Program-made: the position numbers and the translations under genes
Part shown: positions 37,784-48,134 of the stretch, one piece after another
Numbering within the stretch: the first letter of the stretch is position 1
Layout of the letters: each line of letters begins with the position of its first letter
Notes under the pieces: model-generated
Told to the model about the DNA's origin: nothing
Database searches by the model: none
The model's input: only the letters and a program-made list of their open reading frames with translations
Assembly: GCA_964640125.1 (NCBI GenBank)
Contig: CAZXGG010000001.1
Coordinates: 13,708-77,707, forward strand
DNA length: 64,000 nt
DNA from: an uncultured Rikenellaceae bacterium
Lineage (GTDB): Bacteria; Bacteroidota; Bacteroidia; Bacteroidales; VadinHA17
Reading direction: 5' to 3'

Positions 37784-40700
37784 TTATCTTTCTTTACGTA
37801 ATTTAATGTTTTCAAAATAGGTGATGACTTTACGCAACAGATCCATAATTAGGGTTAAATACAATACAATGGTGGTTAGCCATATAAAAAAGAGGTTGAA
37901 CCATTTTGTTTCTATATATCTGCCGTTGATCATTTTATAGGGTGCATAAAAGTGTGCCCTGCCCACATTTGATTCGGGCATCATAAAAACCGGATCTTTC
38001 TTCCTTACCAGGCGGTCATCCATTTCAACAATTTTATTTACTGCAGTTCGGTTGGTTACAAAATCCGCCAGTTTGTTGTTGTAATATTTTTGTTTAAACT
38101 GATACACTCCATTTGCTCCGAGAGAATCAACCAGTTTGTTATAAATATTATCCTTTCTGTTATTCGCTTCCTGGGCTATTTCAGAAAAGAATAGTTTTGC
38201 CAGGTTCAGGAATTCTGCTGTTTGTTCTCCAACTTCCGGAGTAAATCGATCAGGTGTTAAATCCTCAATTCCCTCATAGGGATAAAAATCATAGAACCGG
38301 TATAGTCGGTTCAATTCATTTTTTAATATGGTCAGGTTTCCGGCCAGCACGGACTTATTCTCTTCTTCCCCCATTGCTCGGAAACACTCCTCAACTTTTA
38401 TCTCAAGTTGTGGAACAAGGAAAGAGGTTACATAAGATGCTGAGCTGATGGTTTGTTCTGCTTCGAAAAATAATTTTTCAAATTTATTATTTTTAAACTG
38501 ATCCACAGCCATTGCTTCATAAGCCCAACGGGTAGTCATGAGATCTCCCACAACGGGAACATATTCTTTGTGGGTCAGGCTTTTATGGAGGTCATCAAAA
38601 TGGATCATGGCTCCGCCCAACAACAATTGCGGGACCAAAATGAGCGGGATGAGAATATAAATTGACACTACAGAGTTCAGCCCGGCAGATATGTTTAACC
38701 CGATCATATTTCCGAAGCAGGATGTTGTGAAAAGGATTAGCCAGAATGAGAGTAGCATTCCTCTGATCTCCAGTACAGTATTTCCCACCAGAACAAAACT
38801 AAGGGTCTGTATTGCGGATAACACGAACAGAGACATGATCTTCGAATTAAGGTAGGTGGTTCGGCTCAGGTTAAGGAACGATTCCCTCTCCAGAATTTTT
38901 CTGTCTCTTATGATTTCCTCTGCACTAACCGTGATTCCCATAAACAGGGCCACTACAATAGACATAAATAAAAACACCGGAAGGTTTTTGTTTTGTTCAA
39001 AGATATAACCGGCTTCTTCGACATACTTTGAAAAGTATCCCAGAATGAATGCCAGGAGTGGAGCTTCAAGGAAATTTATCAACAAGTATTGTCTATTGGT
39101 GATTTTCGAAAGCAGATTCCGAATTCCGAAGGTGAAGAATTGCTCTCCAACACTTGCTATTTTAAAATTACTTTTGGGTAATTTGTATTCTGTATCATCA
39201 ATGGTAATTTCGGAATCAATATTCTCCTGGTATTTTTGAAACCACTCCTCTGGTGATATCCTTCTGCCTTCCAGGGGATTGCCAAATTCATCGATGTTTT
39301 TTGTCTCAATAATTTGTAATATTTGATCCGGATTTACATTTCCACAGGTAGGACATTCACTTTCGGCTGCATTGACCCGTGCACTGATCTTTTTAAAATA
39401 GACCACTGCATCGATTGGATTCCCCGAGTAAATGGGATACCCTTCTTTATCCAGAATCCATAACCGATCCAACATTTTAAAAATAGTTGAGGATGGCTGG
39501 TGAATGTTCGCTATAACGAGTTTCCCCTTTTCGGTTTGCTTTTTCAATATACGGATCAGCTTTTCTGAATCACTGGAAGATAATCCGGAAGTGGGTTCAT
39601 CGACAAACAAGACAGCCGGTTCCCGAATTAATTCCAACGCAATATTGAGTCTTTTTCTCTGCCCTCCACTAATGAATTTATTCAACGGGTTGCCAACAGG
39701 CAGGTCTTTTACTTCAAACAATTCAAGATCAATAAGAATTCGATGAATACTGTCTATAATTTCCTTTTTTGAAAAATCACTCAGGCACAATTTAGCATTA
39801 TAATAGAGGTTCTGGAAAACTGTCAGTTCTTCAAACAGCAGGTCATCCTGAGGAACAAATCCCAAATAACTTTTCAGCCGGTTTCTGTATCTATAAACAT
39901 CATAACCATTGATCTTTACCGTCCCTCTGTCCGGTTTTTGTTTACCGCTCAGGATATTCAAAAGGGTTGTTTTCCCAACTCCACTTCCTCCCATTATGCC
40001 GACCAACTGTCCTGTTTCTTCTGAAAAGTTGAAGGTATGTATCCCATTCTTGCTTTTCTTGAACCTGAATTCTATCTCTCTCCCGGAGAAAACAACCTGA
40101 GGGGTTTTTCCCTCAACAAGAAATTTTTTAACGATATCACTGAAATAGATGGATTCTATATTGGGTCCTTTGATAATTGATCCATGGTTGAGGAAATGGG
40201 TGCGGGAGGATTCAATTTTATGCCCTTCCAGATAGAGGTTCAACTGTCCAAAGTAGCGCAAAACGTAGGAGTTGATGCTTTGAATGTATAGCACCATTAT
40301 TTTCCCGTATAGGTTCTCTTTATAGATATGCTTCTCTTCTGGTTCTTTCTTTTTTTTCTTATCCATAAACCAGGCAATATTCTCGGACCATTCCTTGATC
40401 TGGTTATCGATAATTAGGAGTTTATCCTTTTCAATTTTGCCTGATTCCGGTTCAAGAATAAAGGTTCGTATATTCATCAGTTCTGAATCGGAAACGTTAA
40501 AGGTTCTGGCGACCGTTTCGATAAAATCATTCTCTTCGGGAGTCAAAACATTATCTTCATTCACGAACTCGATCAATTGAAGAAGGACAATGATCCGTTC
40601 ATCACGCAACAGGCCTTTTTTGATCTGCCGGCACACATTCGTTATTTGAAACGAAATGAGCGAATCACTTTCCTTTTGATCCTCCTTAACCTCAAAAAGA

Positions 40701-40888
40701 AGTTCTCTTTTATAAAAATCCAGGTAATTATTAAAAACCCGTAAATACTCTCCGGTTAATTCCTCGTTCAGATAACGTCTCAAATACATACTGACGATAG
40801 CTCTTCCCCTTTCAGAGATTCCTTTTTTATTTACCATGGCAACAATGGCAAATAAATGAATCAGTGCATTCAGAATAGACTCACTCAT
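37784..40888 (-). CDS. ABCG-type (NBD-TMD) transporter with N-terminal TerB-like domain
   Basis: 1034 aa; MSESILNALIHLFAI N-terminus, GGSGVGKTT, ISGGQRKR, VDEPTSGL, IHQPS, ABC2 membrane domain; ECPTCG motif in the linker. Confidence 0.88.
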   Translation of the reverse strand: MSESILNALIHLFAIVAMVNKKGISERGRAIVSMYLRRYLNEELTGEYLRVFNNYLDFYKRELLFEVKEDQKESDSLISFQITNVCRQIKKGLLRDERIIVLLQLIEFVNEDNVLTPEENDFIETVARTFNVSDSELMNIRTFILEPESGKIEKDKLLIIDNQIKEWSENIAWFMDKKKKKEPEEKHIYKENLYGKIMVLYIQSINSYVLRYFGQLNLYLEGHKIESSRTHFLNHGSIIKGPNIESIYFSDIVKKFLVEGKTPQVVFSGREIEFRFKKSKNGIHTFNFSEETGQLVGIMGGSGVGKTTLLNILSGKQKPDRGTVKINGYDVYRYRNRLKSYLGFVPQDDLLFEELTVFQNLYYNAKLCLSDFSKKEIIDSIHRILIDLELFEVKDLPVGNPLNKFISGGQRKRLNIALELIREPAVLFVDEPTSGLSSSDSEKLIRILKKQTEKGKLVIANIHQPSSTIFKMLDRLWILDKEGYPIYSGNPIDAVVYFKKISARVNAAESECPTCGNVNPDQILQIIETKNIDEFGNPLEGRRISPEEWFQKYQENIDSEITIDDTEYKLPKSNFKIASVGEQFFTFGIRNLLSKITNRQYLLINFLEAPLLAFILGYFSKYVEEAGYIFEQNKNLPVFLFMSIVVALFMGITVSAEEIIRDRKILERESFLNLSRTTYLNSKIMSLFVLSAIQTLSFVLVGNTVLEIRGMLLSFWLILFTTSCFGNMIGLNISAGLNSVVSIYILIPLILVPQLLLGGAMIHFDDLHKSLTHKEYVPVVGDLMTTRWAYEAMAVDQFKNNKFEKLFFEAEQTISSASYVTSFLVPQLEIKVEECFRAMGEEENKSVLAGNLTILKNELNRLYRFYDFYPYEGIEDLTPDRFTPEVGEQTAEFLNLAKLFFSEIAQEANNRKDNIYNKLVDSLGANGVYQFKQKYYNNKLADFVTNRTAVNKIVEMDDRLVRKKDPVFMMPESNVGRAHFYAPYKMINGRYIETKWFNLFFIWLTTIVLYLTLIMDLLRKVITYFENIKLRKER

Positions 40889-40981
40889 TGGATGATTGAT
40901 TTACCCGCAGAACTGACAAGTAATATTATAAAAAAAAGCCCACACACAAGCGCAGGCTTAAGATTTTTTCCCGATGATCAA

Positions 40982-41827
40982 TCAGGTAATAATTTCTTCA
41001 CGGAGTGTTTCAACAGCAGATGAAATGTTATTGACCTGTTCTTCAGTCAGTGTATCTCCAATGGAATCGTATATTTCCTTTAACGGAGCAAGATCATCAA
41101 TGAATTCCTGTATAATTTGCTCGTCCTGATACTCTTCAAGCAGGGTGATCAATTGTTCAAGTGGTTCTTTTTGTTCATGAATGATCTTTACAATGTCATA
41201 ATTGTGGTATACGTTGGCCGAAACATGTGTTGTAAGGAACAGCCCTTCTACCCAGCTACCGCCGATCACCAACAGGGAGAGACTGGCTTTGCCGTTTCGG
41301 TTCAAAAAATCGTAGGTGTCATTAAAGGAATCGGTAATAATTTGAATCAATTCTTCTTTGTCATCCAGTTGTTTTTCGATGCTTTCCACCAACGTTTCAT
41401 TAAAGGCACTGGAAATTTGCAATTCATCGGTAAGCTTTTTTGTTGCCTCCAGAAAAAGCATCACTTCCTGTTTCATATGGTAGGTGCTTGCATATGCCAG
41501 GTCTGCACCATATACCCCCAGGTTCAGTGCTTTACTCCTCTCTGTAAAATAACGATCCACATTGTTTGCCGAATTTGAAATTCCCAGAATGTATGAAATG
41601 CCTATATCGTTGAGCATTTGTGTTACTTCGAAAGAACTAGGGAGTGGAGCAATGAATTCTTCAACCTCTTTTTCGATGGCATCTTTCAGCATTGGCTGAA
41701 AGCGTTCTTTTTTATTCTCAGCATCTTCGCCAGTTGTTTTTCCTCTACAGCTGGTTAACAGGATAATCAAAAGGAGCAGTAAAATGCCGGAAAATGATAA
41801 AGATGAAAATGAGGTGGACTTTTTCAT
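40982..41827 (-). CDS. Hypothetical alpha-helical lipoprotein
   Basis: LLTSC lipobox; ALNLGVYGADLAYA and GSWVEGL conserved-looking motifs. Confidence 0.82.
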   Translation of the reverse strand: MKKSTSFSSLSFSGILLLLLIILLTSCRGKTTGEDAENKKERFQPMLKDAIEKEVEEFIAPLPSSFEVTQMLNDIGISYILGISNSANNVDRYFTERSKALNLGVYGADLAYASTYHMKQEVMLFLEATKKLTDELQISSAFNETLVESIEKQLDDKEELIQIITDSFNDTYDFLNRNGKASLSLLVIGGSWVEGLFLTTHVSANVYHNYDIVKIIHEQKEPLEQLITLLEEYQDEQIIQEFIDDLAPLKEIYDSIGDTLTEEQVNNISSAVETLREEIIT

Positions 41828-41916
41828 TTTTTTTGTTTTTAAGCGTTGTTTTAATCGGCATCAAATATACAATAAAATCATTGTTCTGAAGATACCCTGA
41901 TCCTAATTTTATGAAG

Positions 41917-43863
41917 CTAATAAATAGTTCGGTCACCCAAATCTTTGGAAAGTTGTTTTTTCAGGTTATTCAACATCATGTATTGTTCCTGCAATCCTTC
42001 AATTTCTTCCGGATGATTTGTTTCCTGTGCTGTTTTTATCCGATTCTGAATCTCTTTGATCGCCAGGATAATGCGTTTATTTTTAAAGGCAGTCAATGTT
42101 TCCGGGAGTATCTCTCTCAGTTTCATATCTTCGGATTCGATATAGTTTTCGTGTTTTCTCCAGATCTTGCTAAGATCATAGGATATACTTAATAAATCCG
42201 CACTGGTATCCCGGATGCTTTTATCCTGGTGGTGAATAAAGTATTTCTGGCCAATTGATTTTTTTTCTATCAGGTGGTGCTGGTACTCCTCAAATATCTG
42301 TTTGAACACGGGATTATTCATTTCCAGTTCATCATTTATTATCTCATTAACAATAAATTCTGCAACGGTTGTCTGGATCTCTTTTTTTGCATCCCCTGAA
42401 GGTCGAATACGAAACTCCCTGTCTCCATAGTTCAGTAACAACCGGATAATCTCTTTTTCCTGTGCTTCAGTATCTTCAATGAAGGAGGTTTGTTGTTTTA
42501 CTGGAATGGTTTGCGTGATTTGATTTTCGATCCTTCGAAGCCGTAAGTAGTTTTGTTCTGCAATTTTCCTTCTTGCTTTATTAATCTCCATGTAGAGGAT
42601 TCCCTCCTCAACCTGTAACCAGTTGCTGCACTCTTTAATGTATTCAGAACGAGTGATACTATCGGGTATAACGGAAATGGTCTGCACAATATCACGGATC
42701 AGATTGGCTCGTTCAACGGGATCTTTTTGCGCATCTTTCAGCAGGAGGCGGGTTTTAAAATGAATAAAATCCTGCTCATTTTCCTGAATGAAGCGTTGAA
42801 ATTCCGATGAGCTAATTTTCCGGGAATAGGAATCCGGATCCTCACCATCGGGAAGCAATAATACCCTGACATTAAGGTTCTCTTGCAGTATGAGATCGAT
42901 ACCGCGAAGTGAAGCCTTTACACCTGCCTCATCACCATCAAATAGGATAACGACATTATTCGTAAATCGCTTGATCAATCGTATCTGCTCAACGGTAAGT
43001 GCCGTGCCTGATGATGCAACAACATTTTCAACACCCATTTGATGGAGTGCCAGAACATCGGTGTACCCTTCCACCAAATAGCATTTATCCCCGGCCACCA
43101 TTGATTTTTTCGCATGATAAATACCATATAATGCTTTACTCTTATGGTATAGTTCCGATTCCGGGGAATTGATGTATTTGGCTGCCTTGGGATCTGCCTT
43201 CAGGATCCTTCCACCAAATCCTATTACTGCACCGGAAAGGCTGTGTATGGGGAAAATTATTCGACCTGCAAACCGGTCAAAGCTATAGGATTCTTTTTCT
43301 ATGGTTAACCCTGATTTTACCAGGTATTCCTTTTTATACCCTGTTTTCAGGGCTGTTTTCGTGAATTCATCCTTTTTTTCAAGGCAATAACCCAGCTGGA
43401 ATTTCTTCAGAAACTCGTGCCGGATCCCTCTTTCTTTAAAATAACTCAATCCGATTGCTATTCCTTCAACGCTATTGTGAAGAGTTTCCATAAAATATTT
43501 TTGAGCATAGGCAGAGACAACCTGTAGGCTTTCCCGCTCATTTTGCTGCTGAATTTCTTCCGGTGTTCGTTCTTTTTCAACAACCTCTATGTTGAATTTT
43601 TTTGCAAGAAATTTCAGCGCATCAGGGTAAGTCATGTGCTCATGTTCCATAATGAAGTTGACAACATTCCCTCCCTTTCCGCATCCAAAACATTTATAGA
43701 TTCCTTTTGAAGGTGAGACTGAAAATGAGGGTGTCTTCTCATTATGAAAGGGACACAATCCAAGGTAGTTTGTTCCCCGTTTCTTCAGGGTGACAAAATC
43801 CTGAATTACGTCTACAATGTCTACCGTATTAAAAATCCTATCAATGGTTGTGGGATCGATCAT
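41917..43863 (-). CDS. dnaG: DNA primase
   Basis: CPFH..CFGC zinc finger, FGGR, KYINSPE, VEGYTD, TOPRIM FDGDEAG, DPD. Start at 43863; alternative 43881. Confidence 0.97.
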   Translation of the reverse strand: MIDPTTIDRIFNTVDIVDVIQDFVTLKKRGTNYLGLCPFHNEKTPSFSVSPSKGIYKCFGCGKGGNVVNFIMEHEHMTYPDALKFLAKKFNIEVVEKERTPEEIQQQNERESLQVVSAYAQKYFMETLHNSVEGIAIGLSYFKERGIRHEFLKKFQLGYCLEKKDEFTKTALKTGYKKEYLVKSGLTIEKESYSFDRFAGRIIFPIHSLSGAVIGFGGRILKADPKAAKYINSPESELYHKSKALYGIYHAKKSMVAGDKCYLVEGYTDVLALHQMGVENVVASSGTALTVEQIRLIKRFTNNVVILFDGDEAGVKASLRGIDLILQENLNVRVLLLPDGEDPDSYSRKISSSEFQRFIQENEQDFIHFKTRLLLKDAQKDPVERANLIRDIVQTISVIPDSITRSEYIKECSNWLQVEEGILYMEINKARRKIAEQNYLRLRRIENQITQTIPVKQQTSFIEDTEAQEKEIIRLLLNYGDREFRIRPSGDAKKEIQTTVAEFIVNEIINDELEMNNPVFKQIFEEYQHHLIEKKSIGQKYFIHHQDKSIRDTSADLLSISYDLSKIWRKHENYIESEDMKLREILPETLTAFKNKRIILAIKEIQNRIKTAQETNHPEEIEGLQEQYMMLNNLKKQLSKDLGDRTIY

Positions 43864-44006
43864 GAATTGATAATGAGACAATTAAGATTTTCTACTCTGC
43901 CTGCTAAATTTAACATTATTAAATGAAACCATCATCTCTTTCGTTTCAAATTTATTCCCCATTCCAATCCGGGTTTAGTTTTGCTTTCCATATCAGGAAA
44001 ATCTCT

Positions 44007-44014
44007 TATTTTTG
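44007..44014 (+). promoter_or_regulatory. Bacteroidota -7 promoter element upstream of cobB
   Basis: TATTTTTG (TAnnTTTG) ends 11 nt before ATG 44026; TTTG at 43980-43983. Confidence 0.45.
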
Positions 44015-44025
44015 TATCTGATACG

Positions 44026-44721
44026 ATGAAAAAACTTGTAGCATTAACCGGATCTGGCATCAGTGCGGAAAGTGGCCTGAAAACCTTTCGTGAAATGGGT
44101 GGTTTATGGGAAGAATATGATGTCATGGAAGTAGCCAGTCCTGAAGCCTGGGAAGCTAACATGGAGCTGGTATTACGTTTTTACAACGAACGGAGAAAGC
44201 AGTTATTGCAGGCTGAACCCAATCCGGGGCATTTGGGACTATCTGACCTGGAAAAGCATTTCGACGTTGATATTATCACGCAGAATGTAGATGATCTTCA
44301 TGAACGAGCTGGAAGTACAACAATTCTTCACCTGCACGGTGAATTGAAAAAAGTAAGAAGCACCGTTGATCCGAATCTTATCTATGAACTGGATGGCTGG
44401 GAATTAAAAGCCGGCGACAAGTGTGAAAAAGGATTTCAGTTGCGCCCTCATATCGTCTGGTTTGGTGAACCGGTACCCGCTATTGAAAAGGCAGTAGAAA
44501 TTGTTCAACAAGCGGATTTCTTTGCTGTTATTGGTACATCATTAGTCGTTTATCCCGCGGCAGGACTGATCCATTATGTTCCCACATCCGTTCCAATATA
44601 TGTGATTGATCCAAATCCAGTACAAACACCCTATCACACAAACATTGAGTTCATCCAGGAAAAAGCAGGTGTGGGTGTAGGGCTGTTAAAAGAGAAATTG
44701 TTGGCACGTCTGAACGAATAG
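44026..44721 (+). CDS. cobB: NAD-dependent protein deacylase (sirtuin)
   Basis: LTGSGISAESGLKTFR, TQNVDDLHERAG, HLHG, RPHIVWFGE, GTSLVVYPAA. Confidence 0.95.
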   Translation: MKKLVALTGSGISAESGLKTFREMGGLWEEYDVMEVASPEAWEANMELVLRFYNERRKQLLQAEPNPGHLGLSDLEKHFDVDIITQNVDDLHERAGSTTILHLHGELKKVRSTVDPNLIYELDGWELKAGDKCEKGFQLRPHIVWFGEPVPAIEKAVEIVQQADFFAVIGTSLVVYPAAGLIHYVPTSVPIYVIDPNPVQTPYHTNIEFIQEKAGVGVGLLKEKLLARLNE

Positions 44722-44776
44722 GACGTTGATGCGACTGTTTTGATAAAAAAATCGTTATTCATAATTTCACGTTGAA

Positions 44777-45472
44777 CTAAGCCATTGCAAGGGTAACACA
44801 ACTCACTTTCGTTCCCTCCACATGAAGAATAGCCCGTGCACACGCTTCCAGCGTAGATCCCGTGGTTATGACATCATCCACAACAAGAATGTGCCTGTTT
44901 TGGAGATTCCCGGGATGGCTTACCTGAAATATATTCTCAACATTTTTCCATCGCTCATACCGGTTCTTTTTTGTCTGTGATACTGTGTCCACAGCACGGT
45001 ATACCGATTTTCTATCAAAGGGTTTTTCCATGCTCTCCGCTATTCCCCGTGCTATCCAGTCACTCTGGTTATATCCACGTTTTCTTTCTTTCCTGGGATG
45101 TAACGGAACGGGTAAAATCAAATCCACCCGATTATACAATCCCGATGCCTTTAACTCAGCCCCGTATATTCTTCCCAATTCAAAACCCAGCTCTTTTTGT
45201 CCCCTGTATTTTATTTTGTGTATCAGTACTTTAAACCGGCTACCCTTTTCAAAAAAATAGTAGGATGCTGCACTTTCTATATGAACCCTCCCCCAGAATA
45301 ACCGCGATACCGGGTTATCTTTAAGAAAATGAAAATTTGTTTTTGGAATTTGATAGAGACAATGGGTACAGATCAGTGATTCGTTACGGTAGAGATTTTT
45401 ACCGCAAACCACACAAAGAGAAGGATATAAGAGGCTTATAAAATCTTCTATTAGCCGGAATAAACCATTCAT
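44777..45472 (-). CDS. ComF family protein (double zinc ribbon + phosphoribosyltransferase)
   Basis: CVVC...CTHC, PVPLH, RGYNQS, LVVDDVITTGST. Confidence 0.93.
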   Translation of the reverse strand: MNGLFRLIEDFISLLYPSLCVVCGKNLYRNESLICTHCLYQIPKTNFHFLKDNPVSRLFWGRVHIESAASYYFFEKGSRFKVLIHKIKYRGQKELGFELGRIYGAELKASGLYNRVDLILPVPLHPRKERKRGYNQSDWIARGIAESMEKPFDRKSVYRAVDTVSQTKKNRYERWKNVENIFQVSHPGNLQNRHILVVDDVITTGSTLEACARAILHVEGTKVSCVTLAMA

Positions 45473-45592
45473 CTGAGGGCGTATGGCAAATGATAGCTAA
45501 AATAATAATAAATAGCACATTATACCCCCTTTCCCTCTTTTTAAATGACTATCTTTGATTGAAATCCAGAAAAAACTGAAAAATACTTCACC

Positions 45593-46066
45593 ATGATCAG
45601 GGGTTGGTTTTCATCCTTTGGGATTATATCATTCTCTTTTATGCTCTTTGTTCTGTTCTCTCAGTTTACATTTTCCCAAACTGATCAAAAACGATCATTT
45701 GTAGAGCTTGACTCCCATGAGTTTTACATTCAAATGAATTTAAAAGAGAATGTGGTTTTAATCGATGTCCGCACTGTTAAAGAATTTCAGAAGGAACGTA
45801 TACACCTTGCTATCCTGGCAAGTAATAGCAACGTATTGTTTTCGATCGCTGACACCCTCGATCTTGAACAACCAATATTCATTTATTGTGAAGATGAAGA
45901 CCGGAGTATTACCGCCTGTACTTTTCTGATCGAACGGGGATTCAGAAACGTTTATATGCTGAAAGAGGGAATAAATGGATGGAAGAGACGAAATCTGGAA
46001 ATTGACGATTCCAGAATCAAGAGGAGAACATCAAGGATAAAAAGGGATTTCTCTGGTAATGATTAA
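45593..46066 (+). CDS. Rhodanese-like domain protein with signal peptide
   Basis: LIDVRT..EF, IYCEDEDRS, GFRNVYMLKEGINGW. Confidence 0.87.
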   Translation: MIRGWFSSFGIISFSFMLFVLFSQFTFSQTDQKRSFVELDSHEFYIQMNLKENVVLIDVRTVKEFQKERIHLAILASNSNVLFSIADTLDLEQPIFIYCEDEDRSITACTFLIERGFRNVYMLKEGINGWKRRNLEIDDSRIKRRTSRIKRDFSGND

Positions 46067-46089
46067 TGGGTCCATGTACCCTCTTTTAC

Positions 46090-47235
46090 TTAGTGATCTA
46101 TCGTCACCTGGATAGAAAAGAATGAAAAGTTGTCATTAACTGGTAAAATGCTGTATGTTAGGGGTTTGCCGCTTTTAATCCGCATATCAATTAAGCCCAT
46201 TCCATGCTTTAGTGGATTAGAGAAATCATCATCGGTCAATTTTTCCACAAAAAGATTTTCCAATTCCTCATTGTTTAGCCGATTGATATGAGCCAAGTGA
46301 TTGCCAAGAAATTCTTCCTCTTCGTTACGAATGATATTCCCTGTGATGATTTTATTGGTATTCTCTTCCGAACCCACCAGTAAAATGCCGGTTTTCCCTC
46401 CCAGTCCATCCAGATCAGCTGCATGCTGGGAAATATTCTGCAGCATCTCAACCAGGACACTAAAAATTCTTTTTTTGACTACATATTTCTGGTTTTTGTT
46501 CAATTTCAAATTTTCAATGATATCCAGCATGTCAAATGCTCTCTGTCCTGAAAACTGGCTGCAATACACCAGGTTGAGGTTATGTTTCCCCAGAATATCC
46601 ATCAAATCCCGGGTAATATCAATCCCATAAAAATTAGGAGCCGGGGATGATTTTCCTGCAGCTGTATCACCGATCAATGTATCCATAAAGAAGTAAGAAT
46701 ATTTATCATCAACCGGATCAAATCTAAACCGGATTTTGTTCCCTGATTTTCGTGCAATTTCAATTAACCCCAGACCAGCTCCTCCTTTGGATGAAATCAC
46801 AGTTTCCCGTAAAACTGTTTGATAATAGGCCTTTAGCTCATCCTTATCCCGTTTATTGATGTTATCCAGTTTCTCCTTGAGGGAATCGATATGGTCATTA
46901 ACGATCAGGTTTCCCTGGGAAATATTATACAATTCGTCGAAACTCTGAATAAAGAAAATCCCATCACTTTCCGGGGGTTCTTCGTCGGGGATTTCCTGGT
47001 GTCTTGTAATGTTCTGAACACATTCAACCAGAATATAAAAGACCCGTTTTTTCATTTTTCTGCTGACATCGGCAAGGTCGAAGATACTCTGAGCAAATGA
47101 TATAAACCCGTCAGTAACCGCTCGGGTGAAAATACCCCGATAACCATAATTAATTTTATATTTGATCATATCCTTGAACAGGTCGTAAATAAAGGAGCGA
47201 TCAATAGAAGCGGGTTGTTCCATAGGAATTTTCAT
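46090..47235 (-). CDS. Tandem double SiaB-family (DUF6272) kinase-like protein
   Basis: Two repeats: KKRVFYILVECVQNITRH...SKGGAGLGLIEIARKSG and KKRIFSVLVEMLQNISQH...HGMGLIDMRIKSG. Confidence 0.82.
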   Translation of the reverse strand: MKIPMEQPASIDRSFIYDLFKDMIKYKINYGYRGIFTRAVTDGFISFAQSIFDLADVSRKMKKRVFYILVECVQNITRHQEIPDEEPPESDGIFFIQSFDELYNISQGNLIVNDHIDSLKEKLDNINKRDKDELKAYYQTVLRETVISSKGGAGLGLIEIARKSGNKIRFRFDPVDDKYSYFFMDTLIGDTAAGKSSPAPNFYGIDITRDLMDILGKHNLNLVYCSQFSGQRAFDMLDIIENLKLNKNQKYVVKKRIFSVLVEMLQNISQHAADLDGLGGKTGILLVGSEENTNKIITGNIIRNEEEEFLGNHLAHINRLNNEELENLFVEKLTDDDFSNPLKHGMGLIDMRIKSGKPLTYSILPVNDNFSFFSIQVTIDH

Positions 47236-47379
47236 CGAATGGCTAATACAAATTTAGAATTTATTTTGGTTTTTCAGCAATGCAGTGTGTTGTAACATCC
47301 ATGGTTTGTTTTGAAAACGGGTTATCTGCAATGGAACAACCAAGTAAAGAAAAACATAGGCGCTGACCGGATGTTATCT

Positions 47380-48126
47380 TTATTTAGCACAAACAACAAC
47401 AAAATCCCTGGCGTCTTTGGAAAGTTCATTTTCACTGTAATCACCATAAATAGTTATCAGTTCGAGGTTAGATCGAGCGATCAGGTGTTCTATTTCATAC
47501 CGGAAGAAAAAACGCATATCAAACTCCCATGTGTCTGATACTTCATTTCCATTTTCTTCCCAACATAATTTCATGGTTACGTGTGATGTTTGCCTGATCA
47601 GGTCTGCGTGTGCTGTTACATATCGTTGGATCCGCTTGCCCTTATCATACTCTCCATCAAAATCTTTATAATGGTCAATTCCTTCAAGGAGGATGGAAAG
47701 ATCGGGCACATAAAGATCAAAAATAAACTGCCCGTCAGGCATCAGGTGATCAGCCACTCGATTAAAGAATTTCAATTGATCCTCCACCTCAAGGACATGA
47801 GAAAGCATGCGAAAGGGGGCAAGGATGAGGTCGAATTTCATATCAATATTCATTGCCACTGCATCCTCAACCCAAACACGGTGTCTTGTTTGCGGTTTCA
47901 TTTTCCCATGCAAAACATGAATCATTGAGGGGCTTATATCGATTCCATAGATATCAACGCCCCTGTTCAGCGCATTCAGGAAAAGCCGTCCTGTACCAAC
48001 TCCTATTTCCAGTACTTTCCCCCGACTCTGGCTGGCTTTAGTCAGAAAAAAATCGTTGTCAGTCCCGTTCCTTACCCGGCTATAAATCACATCATAGAAC
48101 CGGGCTATGAATTCAGGGTATTCCAT
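47380..48126 (-). CDS. Class I SAM-dependent methyltransferase
   Basis: VLEIGVGTGR, GIDISPSM, FDLILAPF. Confidence 0.92.
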   Translation of the reverse strand: MEYPEFIARFYDVIYSRVRNGTDNDFFLTKASQSRGKVLEIGVGTGRLFLNALNRGVDIYGIDISPSMIHVLHGKMKPQTRHRVWVEDAVAMNIDMKFDLILAPFRMLSHVLEVEDQLKFFNRVADHLMPDGQFIFDLYVPDLSILLEGIDHYKDFDGEYDKGKRIQRYVTAHADLIRQTSHVTMKLCWEENGNEVSDTWEFDMRFFFRYEIEHLIARSNLELITIYGDYSENELSKDARDFVVVCAK

Positions 48127-48134
48127 ATGGTTCC

